From an uncultured Nitrospinota bacterium (lineage in GTDB: Bacteria; Tectomicrobia; Entotheonellia; J063; CAVPRW01): a stretch of 64,000 nt of DNA. The DNA lies in NCBI GenBank assembly GCA_963707985.1, contig CAVPRW010000048.1:64001-128000 (forward strand), given 5' to 3'. Shown here in pieces: positions 1 through 10,721 of the stretch. Position 1 is the stretch's first letter. Every line of letters starts with the position of its first letter. The position numbers and the translations under genes are program-made. The notes under the pieces are model-generated. The model did not search any database. It had not been told where the DNA came from and worked only from the letters and a program-made list of their open reading frames with translations.

Positions 1-1131
1 CATCGAGATTGTCAATCCGCACCACATCCGGTTTGTGCTCCATGAGCCCTGGCCGGATTTTTTGACCTTCTACGCCACCCCGGCCACGGCCGCGGGCTGG
101 ATTGTCCCGAAGAACTATACGGAGAAGATCGGAAACGACGCCTTTAAAAATCATCCCGTGGGCCTGGGACCGTATCGCTTCGTGCGTTACAACCCTGGCG
201 TCGAACTCGTGCTGGAAGCCTACCCGGACTATTGGCGCAAGACGCCCGCGGTGAAGCGTCTGGTGTTCAAGAGCGTGCCGGAACCCACGACGCGACTGGC
301 CATGCTCAAACACCAGGAAGCCGACGTGACCTACGCCATCTATGGGACGCTCGGGGAAGAGGTCCAACGCGATAAGACCCTGAAGTTGGAACCCACGCTG
401 GCGGGCACCGAGTGGGGCATCTTTGTCGATATGTATGATCCCGCCTCCCCCTGGCATGATCCGCGGGTCCGGCTGGCGGCGAATCACGCCGTCAACCGCC
501 AGGCCATCAACGAGGCCGAGACCCTGGGCTATTCGAAGCTGCTGGGGGGGATTATCCCCCAGACGTATGACTTTGCCCTGCCCTTGGAGCCGTATGCGTA
601 CGATCCCCAAGAAATCGAAAACCTTGCTCACCGCGGCGGGCTATCCGCAGGGGTTCGACGCCGGGGAGTTCTCGTGTGATGCCGTGTATGCCGGCGTGAT
701 CGAGGGGGTGGTGAACGATCTGGCAGGCGGTAGGGATTCGGGCCAAGGTCCAGGCGCGTGAACGGGCGGCCATGCAAACCGCCCAGCGCGAGAAAAAGGT
801 GAAAAACCTGACCCGGATGGGCAGCGGGGCCCCCGGGAACGCGGCCACGCGGATCGAAGCGTTTATGTCCAGTACAGGGATACAGTCGTTCCTCAAGGAC
901 CCCGACATTGATCAGTGGTTCGAGCAGCAGTCACGAGAACGCGACCGCACGAAGCGTGAGGCGCTGCTGCACAAGATTCAACAGAAGGTCTATGACGAAG
1001 CCTACTTCCTCCCGATCTGGCAGCTGGGCTTTCTGTGTGTCACCGGCCCACGGGTGGCGGTATCAGGATTGGGACTGATTCCCGGCCATATCTACTCGGC
1101 CCCCTATGAAGATGTCCAGTTGAAGGCGTAA
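1..1131 (+). CDS. ABC transporter substrate-binding protein, family 5 (DppA/OppA-like); 5' partial, two apparent frameshifts (~610, ~730)
   Basis: PVGLGPYRF, DYWRKTP, PWHDPRVRLAANHAVNR, YDP..K..LL..AGYPQGF and KREALLHKIQQ motifs spread over ORFs 35-679, 423-761 and 772-1131. Confidence 0.85.
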
Positions 1132-1212
1132 GGGGTAGGGACCCCTTCCACGCGGGCGCGCGCGGCCAGATGGCTGGCGTCACGCCGCATCCCCTCACCG
1201 CGAGCCCTACCC

Positions 1213-1533
1213 TCAGAGGATCGCGGCGGCGATGACGACGGCCATCCCAAGGATAAACGCGGCGACGACCATGGCCACCGCGGGATTGCGGTGCGTGGTC
1301 AGCTCCTCTTTGACCGACCATGGGGTGATGAGCTCATATACGTAGTAGCCGATCAGCAACAGGATCAGCCCGAGCAAGCCATAGACGATCGACGAGAGGA
1401 TGCCCGCCCAGGTCAACGCCGGCACGAAAAATCTCGGCTCAACGGGTGCTACTGACACCTCTGCTGCCATCGCTGGCACCCCCTGCCCCACCACCAGCCA
1501 TAAGAACATCCACCCCAAGAGCCATGGCGTCAT
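1213..1533 (-). CDS. DUF350 (YjfL-like) membrane protein
   Basis: YELITPWSVKEELTTHRNPAVAMVVAAFILGMAVVIAAAI; own ATG at 1533 preceded by GGAGG. Confidence 0.8.
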   Translation of the reverse strand: MTPWLLGWMFLWLVVGQGVPAMAAEVSVAPVEPRFFVPALTWAGILSSIVYGLLGLILLLIGYYVYELITPWSVKEELTTHRNPAVAMVVAAFILGMAVVIAAAIL

Positions 1534-1584
1534 CGTCGTCCTCCCCTCCAAGATTCCACATGACCGCATCATTCTGATCGTGTG

Positions 1585-2655
1585 TGATAACCCTGAGAGC
1601 TCGGGATACTCTACAAGCAACTCGTCTTCGGTCAGGGCATCATCTGGATGCTCTGGCGACCAGATCACTTCCAGGGCCAGGAGGTCGACCGCCAGCAAGG
1701 TGCCCAGGCGCTGGAGCGTGTCCTCCATATCGTTGAGCGATGGCGTCTGGAACGCTGTAAACTTCGGGTATCCCGTGGCCACGATCAGGGTGACGACGAG
1801 ATACTGCCCCACCTCATCTGCCGTCGGACGTTCCCGCCTCGGCGTGTGTCGTCGAACGCCTTCGATGTTCGTGGTCAGCTCTTCTGACAGTTTGGCCCGC
1901 TCCTGGCTGATGGCCTGATTGAATCCACGCTCGGCCTCATCGAGGGTGCCGACCCGCTGCACGTGCACCGTGCCGTAGCGCCAATACTCGTGATATCGCC
2001 TGAGGGCCATCGTCGCCTCTTGCAAGGCGGAGGCAAGCCCGACAACGGTGTTCGTCATCGCGGTTTCGGCGTAGTGCTGCAAGTCACGTTGGAGGGCACG
2101 GGCGATGGCGAGTAAGGCGAGCTGGCAGGTCACGACGGCATAGCGCTCGCCGTCCTGGTATCCCGCCGAAGGCTGACCCGCATGGTTGCGACGGGTGTTG
2201 GACAGATGTTGTAGCAAGACTTTACCCACAAAGACGACAACCCCGAGGATGAGCAGGAATCCGAAGATCCCGCCCAGGCCGCCCCCCCCTCCGCTCACGA
2301 CACCTCCCCCCAAGGGCGTGGGCGAATAGAGCGAAGGGCCGAATCCTGGGCTGGGAACCGAGATGGGGATCGGCAGCGGGTACACTGGGCTGGGACGAGG
2401 GACAGGATACCCAAGAGAGCCACGGCCGCTGAAGGGCCGCGAGGGCATCGTACTGTGAACTGCCCCTCCCGCCATCAAACCCTCGACGCGACTGGGCGAA
2501 TCCCGCCGCCCGCCATAGCGTCCGCCACTGCTGCGCGCCCATGCCTCAGAGGTGAGGGCTAATGCGAAACAGAGCCCGATGGCCGCCGTGAGGCAGACAC
2601 GCCGTCGGTAGCGCCGATCTGGCGTCGGATCAGCATTGATCTGGTCCAGTTGCAT
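1585..2655 (-). CDS. DUF1517 family membrane protein; stop apparently lost, reads through into DUF350
   Basis: Signal peptide + ARSSGGRYGG, Gly/Pro-rich linker, TM, QLALLA..LQRDL, EVIWSP..DDALTEDELLVEYPEL. Confidence 0.8.
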
Positions 2656-2705
2656 GGTGTGTCACCTCAGCCGTCGGATCCGCTCCGTCCCGATGCCGTG
2701 CATCG

Positions 2706-3401
2706 TCACCTCGCCGAGGAACCAGGCAACCCTCTCTGGACCCTCGCCTTCAGTTCCTGGAGCTCCTGCTCCACATCGACCGATCCCTCCAAGGCTCTGA
2801 AGCGTTGCTCCATCGGTTCACCGCTGAGTTCCTGTGACAGCTCCACGGTGGCCGCGGCTTGCGCCTCAACCTGGTCGACCCGCTCGGCCATCCGGTCAAA
2901 GGCCTCAAAGGCGCTGGTATCTGACAGTCCCGTCATCACTTCGTGGATGTGCTTCTGCGCCTCTGCCCGCTTCTGTCGGGCCACGAGGAGATTTTTCTTC
3001 CGTGCGGCCTCGTCGATCTTCTCACTCAGCGCGCGCAATGCCTGTTTCAGGCTGGTGGTGCTCGTCTGCTGCGCCTCCCACTGGCTTTGATAACCAGCCG
3101 CCAGCTGTTGCTGCTCGGCTTTGCGCCGCAGCGCCTCACGGGCCAAATCATCCTCTCCCCGCTGCACGGCCAAGGCGGCACGGCGGTCCCATTCACGTAT
3201 CTGCGCGAGGCTTGCCTCCAGCTGTGCTGCCAGGCGCTTTTCATCGGCGATGGCCACGGCCACTTCCCGTTTGGCCTCTAACAACTGCTGGCGCATGTCG
3301 ATGATGATTTGGTCGAGCATTTTCTCGGGATCTTCTGCTTGATTGATGAGCCCGTTGAGGTTCGACCTGATCACCATTGCGATGCGGTCCAGGATTGGCA
3401 T
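2706..3401 (-). CDS. pspA: PspA/IM30 family protein
   Basis: MPILDRIAMVIRSNLN..AEDPEKMLDQ, GEDDLAREAL..K, AFDRMAERV; coiled coil; AGGAGG RBS. Confidence 0.92.
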   Translation of the reverse strand: MPILDRIAMVIRSNLNGLINQAEDPEKMLDQIIIDMRQQLLEAKREVAVAIADEKRLAAQLEASLAQIREWDRRAALAVQRGEDDLAREALRRKAEQQQLAAGYQSQWEAQQTSTTSLKQALRALSEKIDEAARKKNLLVARQKRAEAQKHIHEVMTGLSDTSAFEAFDRMAERVDQVEAQAAATVELSQELSGEPMEQRFRALEGSVDVEQELQELKARVQRGLPGSSAR

Positions 3402-3453
3402 GAGCGCACCTCCTCTTGTCCTGGCGATCTCGTTTTTCCACACTCGCGTTCCG

Positions 3454-3825
3454 TTACTCCAGAAACGCCTTCAATTTCTGATAATCATGATTGATCGCCA
3501 ATAGCATGGCATCCAGTGTCGCTTGAAGCTCGTTCAAATCGAGATGCTCGGACTGTAATGTGTCAATCAACACGATACTGCTGCCTTCGAGGCCATAGGC
3601 CCCATGGATCAACTCTGAGGCATTGAGTTCCAGGAGCAGTCGAAAAAACGCCTCACGATTATGTTGCGGAACGTCCATGAGCTTGGCGCGAAAGATGACC
3701 AGGGGGGGAGCATAGGAGATGACGATGTTGGCCTCATCGCGCACCACCCACATGTGATTGTCGATCGCCTCATGGGGATGTCCCGTCTGGATCAGATAGT
3801 GTTCGATCTCGTCGCGTGTCGCCAT
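3454..3825 (-). CDS. CesT/Tir-chaperone-like (YbjN-like) protein
   Basis: FFRLLLELNASELIHGAYGLEG..IDTLQSEHLDLNELQA; directly upstream of pspA. Confidence 0.7.
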   Translation of the reverse strand: MATRDEIEHYLIQTGHPHEAIDNHMWVVRDEANIVISYAPPLVIFRAKLMDVPQHNREAFFRLLLELNASELIHGAYGLEGSSIVLIDTLQSEHLDLNELQATLDAMLLAINHDYQKLKAFLE

Positions 3826-3989
3826 CACGACCCCTCCTCGTCAGATGATGTCGATAGTGCTCCCCCGGGCAAAGAAACGCTGGTGGTGGACGGCACCGCT
3901 GGGGCTGAGGCACTCATCGCATCTGATACGCAAACGTCTGCCCGCCGACGGGCCGTCCCTACGACTCTCTGTTGCTTGCCAGTCTGCTC

Positions 3990-4265
3990 TTAGCGCACGG
4001 TGCCGCGGCGGACCAGATTCACGATCGCCAGCAGGATAATGGCTCCAAGCAAGGAGACCAACAGCGATGGCAGGCTAAAATTGCTCTGATTGATGGTGCC
4101 CACCCCGAACAGCGGGGCGAGGAAAAACCCTGCCAGCAAGGCCCCAACCACCCCCACGATGATATTCAGCACGATCCCCTGCTGCGCATCCGTATGCATA
4201 ATTTTGCTGGCAAGCCACCCCAATATCCCACCCACGATCAACCAGATAATAAAATTCATGGCCAT
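3990..4265 (-). CDS. GlsB/YeaQ/YmgE (transglycosylase-associated) stress membrane protein
   Basis: IIWLIVGGILGWLAS..GIVLNIIVGVVGALLAG..SLLGAIILL. Confidence 0.9.
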   Translation of the reverse strand: MAMNFIIWLIVGGILGWLASKIMHTDAQQGIVLNIIVGVVGALLAGFFLAPLFGVGTINQSNFSLPSLLVSLLGAIILLAIVNLVRRGTVR

Positions 4266-4471
4266 ACTCCTCTCTGCGTTATGGACCTCTGTTTCCTATG
4301 ATTGACGCGACACGGAACGCGCTCCCTGCGATGAACCAGGCGGATCCCCCTCCCTCTGTGGCACCTTCCCGTGCGCGACGCCGCGTAGCGTCGTCTCACC
4401 GGTGCACCCTACTGATCACATGGCACGCGGATGCGCGCCCCTTGTTGCCCAATCAGCTCGTTTGGGCTTTC

Positions 4472-4933
4472 CTACAGCGGCGGGATGCGCAACTTCTGCC
4501 CAGGGTAGATCTTGTCAGGGTCTTTCAACATCGGCCGATTGGCCTCGAAGATCGCTGGATACTCCGCCGCATCGTGGTATTGCTCTCTGGCGATCTTCGA
4601 TAGGGTGTCCCCCCGTTGCACCGTATAGTAGGTAGCCTCGGGCGCTGGGGTCTCGACCGTGATCTGGTCGTCGACCTGTGCGATGCCTTTGGTGTTACCG
4701 ACGACGAGCACCGCTTTTTCCCGATCGGCCTGGCTCTTCGCTGTGCCCGAGACCGTGGCCACATCCCCGTTGACCTGGATCGACAAGGCCTCGACGGGAA
4801 TACCTATGTCTGTCAAGCTTTTTGTGATGGCTGCGCCGGCATCGGCCTCCCCCTTGGCGTCGCCGCCGGACGCTTCCTTGGCCTGACCGAAGATCAGTTC
4901 CCCTGCATCCTTGATAAAGTCAATTAACCCGAT
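4472..4933 (-). CDS. kbp: BON-LysM protein (Kbp/YgaU-like); start codon reads ATC
   Basis: GLIDFIKDAGELIFG N-terminus in frame with BON (EKAVLVVGNTKGIAQVDD) and LysM (YTVQRGDTLSKIA..IFEANRPMLKDPDKIYPGQKLRIP); AGAGGAG RBS just before ATC at 4933. Confidence 0.85.
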   Translation of the reverse strand: MGLIDFIKDAGELIFGQAKEASGGDAKGEADAGAAITKSLTDIGIPVEALSIQVNGDVATVSGTAKSQADREKAVLVVGNTKGIAQVDDQITVETPAPEATYYTVQRGDTLSKIAREQYHDAAEYPAIFEANRPMLKDPDKIYPGQKLRIPPL

Positions 4934-4999
4934 GGCATTCTCCTCTTCGAGAGCACTCCTGTTGAGAACATGGACGACATCCGTGCTGCCTACCAGTGA

Positions 5000-5153
5000 G
5001 AAGCTGTCTGGAAACCAATGTCTGATAAATCAACTGTTTAGAAATCTCTAAAAGCATGGCAAGAGACTGATTATCCAGTAAGTTCGCTCTTTGCCTTGTC
5101 CCTTATATGACATAAGGCCTTCTCTTATCAAGGCTTTATTTCCAGATAGCCTC
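5000..5153. mobile_element. MITE-like element (154 bp)
   Basis: AT-rich; ends GAAGCTGTCTGGAAA / TTTCCAGATAGCCTC (13/15 inverted repeat); TGA on both flanks (3-bp TSD). Confidence 0.65.
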
Positions 5154-5208
5154 TGAGAGGCTCTAGGCACACGGCAGCTCGATGTGGTGGTCGGGGGGCG
5201 AGCCATGC

Positions 5209-6294
5209 TCACGCTGTGACGATGCCGTTGAGCTTGCGGCGCAGCTCGTCGATCAACGGCTTGATCGTGTCGCCGACGGCTGGCATGGCCATGACCGAGT
5301 TGATGGCCGGCATCAGCTTCGCGCTGGAGTCTTTGACGAGTGCAACCAACCTGGCACGGGCGTCAGCGGGCAGCTGGTCTATCACGACGCGCATGGAGTC
5401 TAACCTGGTCGACAACTCGCGGAGCTTCGGCACGGCTGCCTCGGCCGAAGCCGCGTCCTTGATGCCCGCGAAGGTGTTTGTCGCCGACAGGAAGAAATCG
5501 TTGACTTGCGCCGTTAGGTTGATGGTCTGGGGTACAGTGGCGGTTTGCTGTGGAGCTCTCATGCTACCGCTCCACCACCACAGCAACCCCGCCAGTATCA
5601 CCACGGCCAGCACCGGCAGTACCCAACGCAGCGCAGATGCGCCAGTCGCCGCGCTGGCTCGGGCAGCTCCGGCAGTCTCTGACACAGCGGCGCGCCCGGC
5701 TTGGTATGTCGAGCCGACGGTGCCACGGGCCCATGCGGCGACACCACTCATGCCCTGGACATCCTCCAAAGCGCTGCCGAGGCCGCTAGGCATGGCATCG
5801 ACAATATTCTGCTTCTGATCCGCCAACAGCGTGGCAACCCCATCGGCACCCATGCCCTGCGTGCGGTTCTTGAGGGTGCCAAGCACGATCGGGGCGAGCA
5901 AGCTCAGTAGCGACGAGATCTTCCCACTATCCATCCCAGTCAAGCGGCTCAGGATACCGCTAAGGCTGGAGACTATCCCGCTGCCAAAGAGCGAGCCGAG
6001 AAGGCCGTTCCCCAAATTGAGGAGGGACGTTCCACTCCCACTGAGTGACTGAGGAATATTGTCTAGTGCACCTGTATCGAAACTGTTCAATGTCGACTGG
6101 ATGTTCTGAGCACCGTCGCGGCTCGATGCGGTGCTGCCCAGTGCAGCCAATAGCGTGGGCACAGCGGCGTTCACCGCGCTGTTGGCGGTGGTTTGATTGG
6201 TTTCCAGAAGCTCGGGCAACTTGGCGAGGAGACCACCGGCGAGCTGATTCTTCACGAGGTCAACGAGGTTCAAATGCTGATCTCCGGGGTTCAT
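5209..6294 (-). CDS. DUF937 domain membrane-anchored protein
   Basis: AVPTLLAAL..LGNGLLGSLFG..LLSLLAPIVLG..QKQNIVDAMPSGL; TM near residue 225; helical C-terminus. Confidence 0.75.
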   Translation of the reverse strand: MNPGDQHLNLVDLVKNQLAGGLLAKLPELLETNQTTANSAVNAAVPTLLAALGSTASSRDGAQNIQSTLNSFDTGALDNIPQSLSGSGTSLLNLGNGLLGSLFGSGIVSSLSGILSRLTGMDSGKISSLLSLLAPIVLGTLKNRTQGMGADGVATLLADQKQNIVDAMPSGLGSALEDVQGMSGVAAWARGTVGSTYQAGRAAVSETAGAARASAATGASALRWVLPVLAVVILAGLLWWWSGSMRAPQQTATVPQTINLTAQVNDFFLSATNTFAGIKDAASAEAAVPKLRELSTRLDSMRVVIDQLPADARARLVALVKDSSAKLMPAINSVMAMPAVGDTIKPLIDELRRKLNGIVTA

Positions 6295-6313
6295 AGCACT
6301 CCTTCTCCTTATT

Positions 6314-6454
6314 TCAACCAGGTCCAGTGACTATCGTGTCGTGTGCTTTCCAAATGACGAGGATGTTGGGTTTGGTCGACTGAGCCACGGCCGCGCTCGG
6401 CCCAAGCACTCCCGTGGCCACGAGGAGCAACAGCGACAGCAGGCGTACGAGCAT
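6314..6454 (-). pseudogene. N-terminal fragment of a secreted arylsulfatase
   Basis: AAGGAG RBS; MLVRLLSLLLLVATGVLGPSAAVAQSTKPNILVIW, then unrelated sequence and stop. Confidence 0.55.
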
Positions 6455-6729
6455 AGGCACTCCTTTCCATTGTGAGTGGCTCATACCCCAGCAAACACTC
6501 GGGGCGATGGACCCGTGTCCACATCACGGTCTCAACGGCCCGGCGCGCGAGGTGGATCCCATCGGCTATTGGGCGGCTGAGACGGACATGTTTTCGCATC
6601 ATAGCCCAAAGACGGATCTTCTATGTCGAGAATGTCGGCCTCATGGCCCGTGGCAAGCGACGACCTGAGGAGGGGTTCAGGCGAGTCGGCGCCATGCCCC
6701 ACCGGTGTACAGGAGGTATTGGCCCGCTT

Positions 6730-6870
6730 GGTCTGGATAGAGCGTGATCGGTGCTACCAGTTGTTCGATCTCTTCCGGCCTGAACGCCGCCGCCGACACC
6801 CTTTATGGACCGAGACGGTCGCGGCAGATACGGAGCGCAAACAAGAGGTCTGCGATGAGCGCCTCCTGGT
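6730..6870 (-). pseudogene. DUF3300 N-terminal fragment
   Basis: Minus frame reads AFRPEEIEQLVAPITLYPD. Confidence 0.45.
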
Positions 6871-7109
6871 CACGGTTATAGCGCACAAAGTCTGGAAAGA
6901 CCGCAGCCAACACCGTGATTAACGCGTGCGTGACCGATCGCCAGGAGGGGACCCCGACAAAGGCTGCCTTCAGCCCTGTGGATGTGCCGAACGTATGATT
7001 CGGCAGCCCATGCACAGGTTGAAGCCGCTCTTTCACCACGTCAGTCATCATCCCTCAGCTCTCTAGCGGCGGATCGACTTGCGCCGGCAGCGGCCAGAAT
7101 TTGCCGGCC

Positions 7110-7790
7110 ATGGCTCCCGCCCCGGCGTGTGTCGTTGCACGCCTTCGATATTCGTCGTCAATTCTTCTGACAGTTTAACCCGCTCCTGGCCGATGGCGTA
7201 ATTGAAGGCGCGCTCGGCCTCATCGATGGTGCCATGCCCCTATGCGCGCACCATGCCGTACCGCCAATACTCGCGATAGCGTCTGATGACCATCGTGGCC
7301 TCGGGCAACGCCGAGGCCACGACGGTGTTCGTGGTCGCTGTTTCGTCGTAGGGTTGCAAGTCACGTTGCAGGGTGCGGGCGGTGGCGAGCAAGGCGAGTT
7401 GGCAGATCACGACGGCGGAGCGCTCACCGCCCCAAGACTCCGACGAGGGCTGACCCGAGCGGTTGCGACGGGCGTTGGAGCGGTTTTGGCGCAAGACTTT
7501 GCCCACCAAGGCGACGATCCCTAAGGATGCGTAGGAATCCAAAGAACCGGCCCAGGCCGCCCTCCCCTCCGCTCACGATGCCTCCCCCCGAGGACGTGGG
7601 CGAATAGGGTGAAGGGCCGAAGCCTGGGCTGAGGATCGGATACCGCAGAGAGCCACGGCCACTGTAGGGCCGCGAAGGCATCGCACAGACGGCGGTGGCA
7701 TATACTTCCAGGCTCCTTGCCCTGTCACTGCGACGGCAAGGGCAATGCCAGTGATGGCCATTGAGGGTGCGATTAACCATGAGGTTCAAC
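7110..7790 (-). pseudogene. Degenerate paralog of the DUF1517 gene
   Basis: Clear nucleotide similarity to 1830-2600 (e.g. CTTCTGACAGTT..CCCGCTCCTGGC, GCAAGTCACGTTG); several frameshifts; 3' truncated. Confidence 0.85.
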
Positions 7791-8132
7791 GGGCACAGGT
7801 CTGGCAGGCCGTGTGCGGCGTGCACTAGCGGCTGGGGGCAAACTAGGTCCCGCCTGGGGAATAGGCGAGCGGGGACGACACCTCAACCCATGAGACGAGA
7901 TTTCGACTTCTGCCGCTTGGCACACCGTGGCGATGCCTCTTGCGGGGCACCGAGACCGCACGGTGCACTGGCTACGACGCTTGCCCCGAAGGGCATCACG
8001 CTGCTCAATGCACTGGCGGGAGCCGGCATGCAACTGCACCACGTCTCGCCGTATATCGTCTTGCTCCTGGGCCATTCGCGGCGGTGAGGTGTGCACGATG
8101 GGCCAATGCGAGGGGATGAGAAGCACGGGAGC

Positions 8133-9444
8133 TCAGGGCTGTCGCTCGATCCCGAGTTTCTTCATGCGTGAGTACAGGGTGCTGGGGTGGAGCCCCAAGC
8201 GCTCCGCCGCCTGCCCCTCACCTTTGATGTGCCCGTGGCACGCCTCCAGGACGGCCAGGATATGGGCACGCTCGACCGTCTTCGAGCTGCTGCGTGGACG
8301 GGAGGCTGGTGTCCAACAGCTCACCAAAACCCAGCGCCTCGTCCACGACGAGGGTGGCACCCGGCGAGAGGATGATGGCGCGTTCAATCACATTCGCCAA
8401 CTCTCGGATGTTGCCAGGCCAGTGATAGGCCGTGAGCGCCGCCATCGCCCGCTCCGGAATGCGCTCGATCGACTTGCCCAGCTTGCTCTGGCCCTTGGCG
8501 ATGAAGTACCACACCAGGAGTGGGATGTCGTCACGACGCTCCCGCAGCGGCGGCAGCGTCACAGGAAAGACGTTGAGGCGGTAATAGAGGTCTTCCCGAA
8601 ACTGACCGGTGACCACCTGCTGGACCAAAGGGCGGTTGGTGGCGGCAATGACACGCACATTCACGGTGATGGTCTGCACCGACCCCAGGCGCTCGAATGC
8701 GCCGTCCTGCAGCACGCGCAGCAGCTTGGCCTGCAAGTCCAGCGGCAACTCCCCGATCTCATCCAGGAAGAGTGTGCCCCCATCCGCGAGTTCGAAGCGC
8801 CCCATCTTGCGCGTGAGCGCCCCCGTGAAGGCGCCCTTCTCATACCCGAAGAGCTCACTCTCGATTAGCGTGGGGGGTAAGGCCGCGCAGTTGACTTTGA
8901 CCAGCGGCCGGTCCTGGCGCGCACTATGGTGGTGAATGGCCCGCGCGATGAGCTCCTTACCCGTGCCCGTCTCCCCCAAGATCAACACTGTGGCATCGGT
9001 AACTGCCACCTGCTCGACCTGATGCAGCACGCGCATCAAGGCCGGACTGTGACCGACGATCTCCTCGAACGCGTAGTCGCGCGTCATCTCCTGGTGGAGC
9101 TCGACCCGCTCCGCCTGCAGCTGCTCGTGCAGCTGCGCCACTTCGGCGCGTGCCTGGTGCAGCGCCGCTTCGGCCTGCTGGCGCGCCTCAATTGCCTGCT
9201 GCAAGGCCGCCTGGACCTGGGCATGCTCTAACGCCGTGGCCAGGTCGCGGGTGGCGTCGGTGAGCGCCGTCACCTTCGCGGCCCCGTCCGGCAGCAGCTT
9301 CGCCGCTTGGGGCTCTGGGGTCTGTGGAACCATAGAGGCGCGATCGCGCGTCGCCGCGCCGTCCCGCCCAAACGTCAGTGAGATCCCTCGGCTCAGCCCG
9401 CGACCGACCCCCCTGAGCAAGGCTACTTGGCGTGTGAGTGGCAT
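8133..9444 (-). CDS. Sigma-54-dependent activator (FhlA/NtrC-type AAA+ with Fis HTH); frameshift ~8275
   Basis: [60 protein letters not shown] in the adjacent frame. Confidence 0.9.
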
Positions 9445-9492
9445 CGTCTTCCTCCCCGTGCGTGGACCAGCGTTTGCGTTGACCCCTGCGGT

Positions 9493-9921
9493 TTATGAGG
9501 GGGTGGACCGGGGGCAGACTCGCGGTGAGACGTATCGCTCGCCCCGCAGTGCGGCATGGGTGGCGGGGACCAGCTCCTCACCTGCCGTGAGCTTCAGCAC
9601 GTAACCCAAGACGCCGGTAGCGAATGCTTTCTGCACCATCTCTGACTCGTTGTGGACGGTCACAAACACGATGCGTGCACGAGGATTCCTCTGCAGGATC
9701 TCGCCCGCAGCCGCCATGCCGTCGAGGACCGGCATGGCGATGTCGGTGACGATGACATCTGGTGTGAGCGTTTCGGCTGCGGCCACGAGCCCATTGCCAT
9801 CGCCGACGGTCGCGATGACGTCGAACTCCGGCGCCAGCACCGCCCGTAGGTCTTCAGCAACCGCCGGATGATCATCGGCTAAGAGGACTCGTGCACCCGT
9901 CTTGGCTTTCCTGTTCACCAT
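9493..9921 (-). CDS. Stand-alone response regulator receiver
   Basis: VLLADDH..PDVIVTDIAMPVLDG..GYVLK; no output domain. Confidence 0.88.
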   Translation of the reverse strand: MVNRKAKTGARVLLADDHPAVAEDLRAVLAPEFDVIATVGDGNGLVAAAETLTPDVIVTDIAMPVLDGMAAAGEILQRNPRARIVFVTVHNESEMVQKAFATGVLGYVLKLTAGEELVPATHAALRGERYVSPRVCPRSTPS

Positions 9922-9990
9922 ACTGACCTCTCCTGCGCAATGGGCTCATGTCTATGTAGGAATGTAGAGGAATTGGACGGTGGGGCACCA

Positions 9991-10055
9991 TTCGGAAAGT
10001 TACGGGGAAGCGAATCCGAAAAAACACTGGGGGCACAGCTCCGGAAAAATACGGA
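9991..10055. promoter_or_regulatory. Three repeated putative regulator-binding boxes
   Basis: TTCGGAAAGTTACGGG (9991), TCCGAAAAAACACTGG (10015), TCCGGAAAAATACGGA (10040), spaced 24-25 bp. Confidence 0.45.
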
Positions 10056-10085
10056 GGAACGTGCGCTAGAAGCCATGAAACCACG

Positions 10086-10721
10086 TTAGCCGGCGACGAG
10101 CCCCAGTTGGATGGCGTAGCGGACCAGCCCGGCGGTGCTATCCACCCCCAGCGCTCGCATCATCTCGTATTTGTGGGTCTCCACGGTACGCGTGGACAGC
10201 TGCAGGGTGGCGGCAATCTCCTTCATCCGCCGACCCTCGGCGATGAGCCGCAGTACCTCAAGCTGCCGCGTTGTCAGCCGCACCGTAGGCTGAGGGGCCG
10301 GCTCCGTCAAGGTGGTGATGACGTCCTTGGTAAGCAGTGGTGTGAGATAGACCCGATCCTCTAAGACTTCATGAATCGCCCTGATCAGCTCCTCGCCCGC
10401 GGAGTGTTTCAGCACATAGCCGGACGCTCCCGCGCGTAACGCCTCAGTCGCGAGCTGCGCATCGGCGTGCATGGTCAGAAAGATGACTTTGGCGGCGATG
10501 CGTTCCACTTTGAGCTGGCGCAGCGCCTCGAGGCCACCCAACACTGGCATGGCCATGTCGGCGACGATCACGTCGGGCTGAAGCTCCCGGGCGGCCTCGA
10601 GCAACTGGCTGCCGTTGCCAACAGTGCCCACGAGGTCGAAAGACCCCCGCAACAGGGTGGCCAACCCCTCGGCAACGATGGCATGGTCATCGGCGAGCAA
10701 CACTGTCGTGCGGCGCATCAT
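10086..10721 (-). CDS. NarL/LuxR family response regulator
   Basis: REC domain + LTTRQLEVLRLIAEG..KEIAATLQLSTRTVETH. Confidence 0.93.
   Translation of the reverse strand: MMRRTTVLLADDHAIVAEGLATLLRGSFDLVGTVGNGSQLLEAARELQPDVIVADMAMPVLGGLEALRQLKVERIAAKVIFLTMHADAQLATEALRAGASGYVLKHSAGEELIRAIHEVLEDRVYLTPLLTKDVITTLTEPAPQPTVRLTTRQLEVLRLIAEGRRMKEIAATLQLSTRTVETHKYEMMRALGVDSTAGLVRYAIQLGLVAG

Noticed and set aside
4421..4436. TGGCACGCGGATGC as a sigma-54 promoter
   Set aside because: The -24/-12 spacing is one base short and it points away from the neighbouring minus-strand genes.
4931..4933. ATC as a regulatory non-canonical start for kbp
   Set aside because: Cannot be told apart from a base error or point mutation in this noisy assembly.
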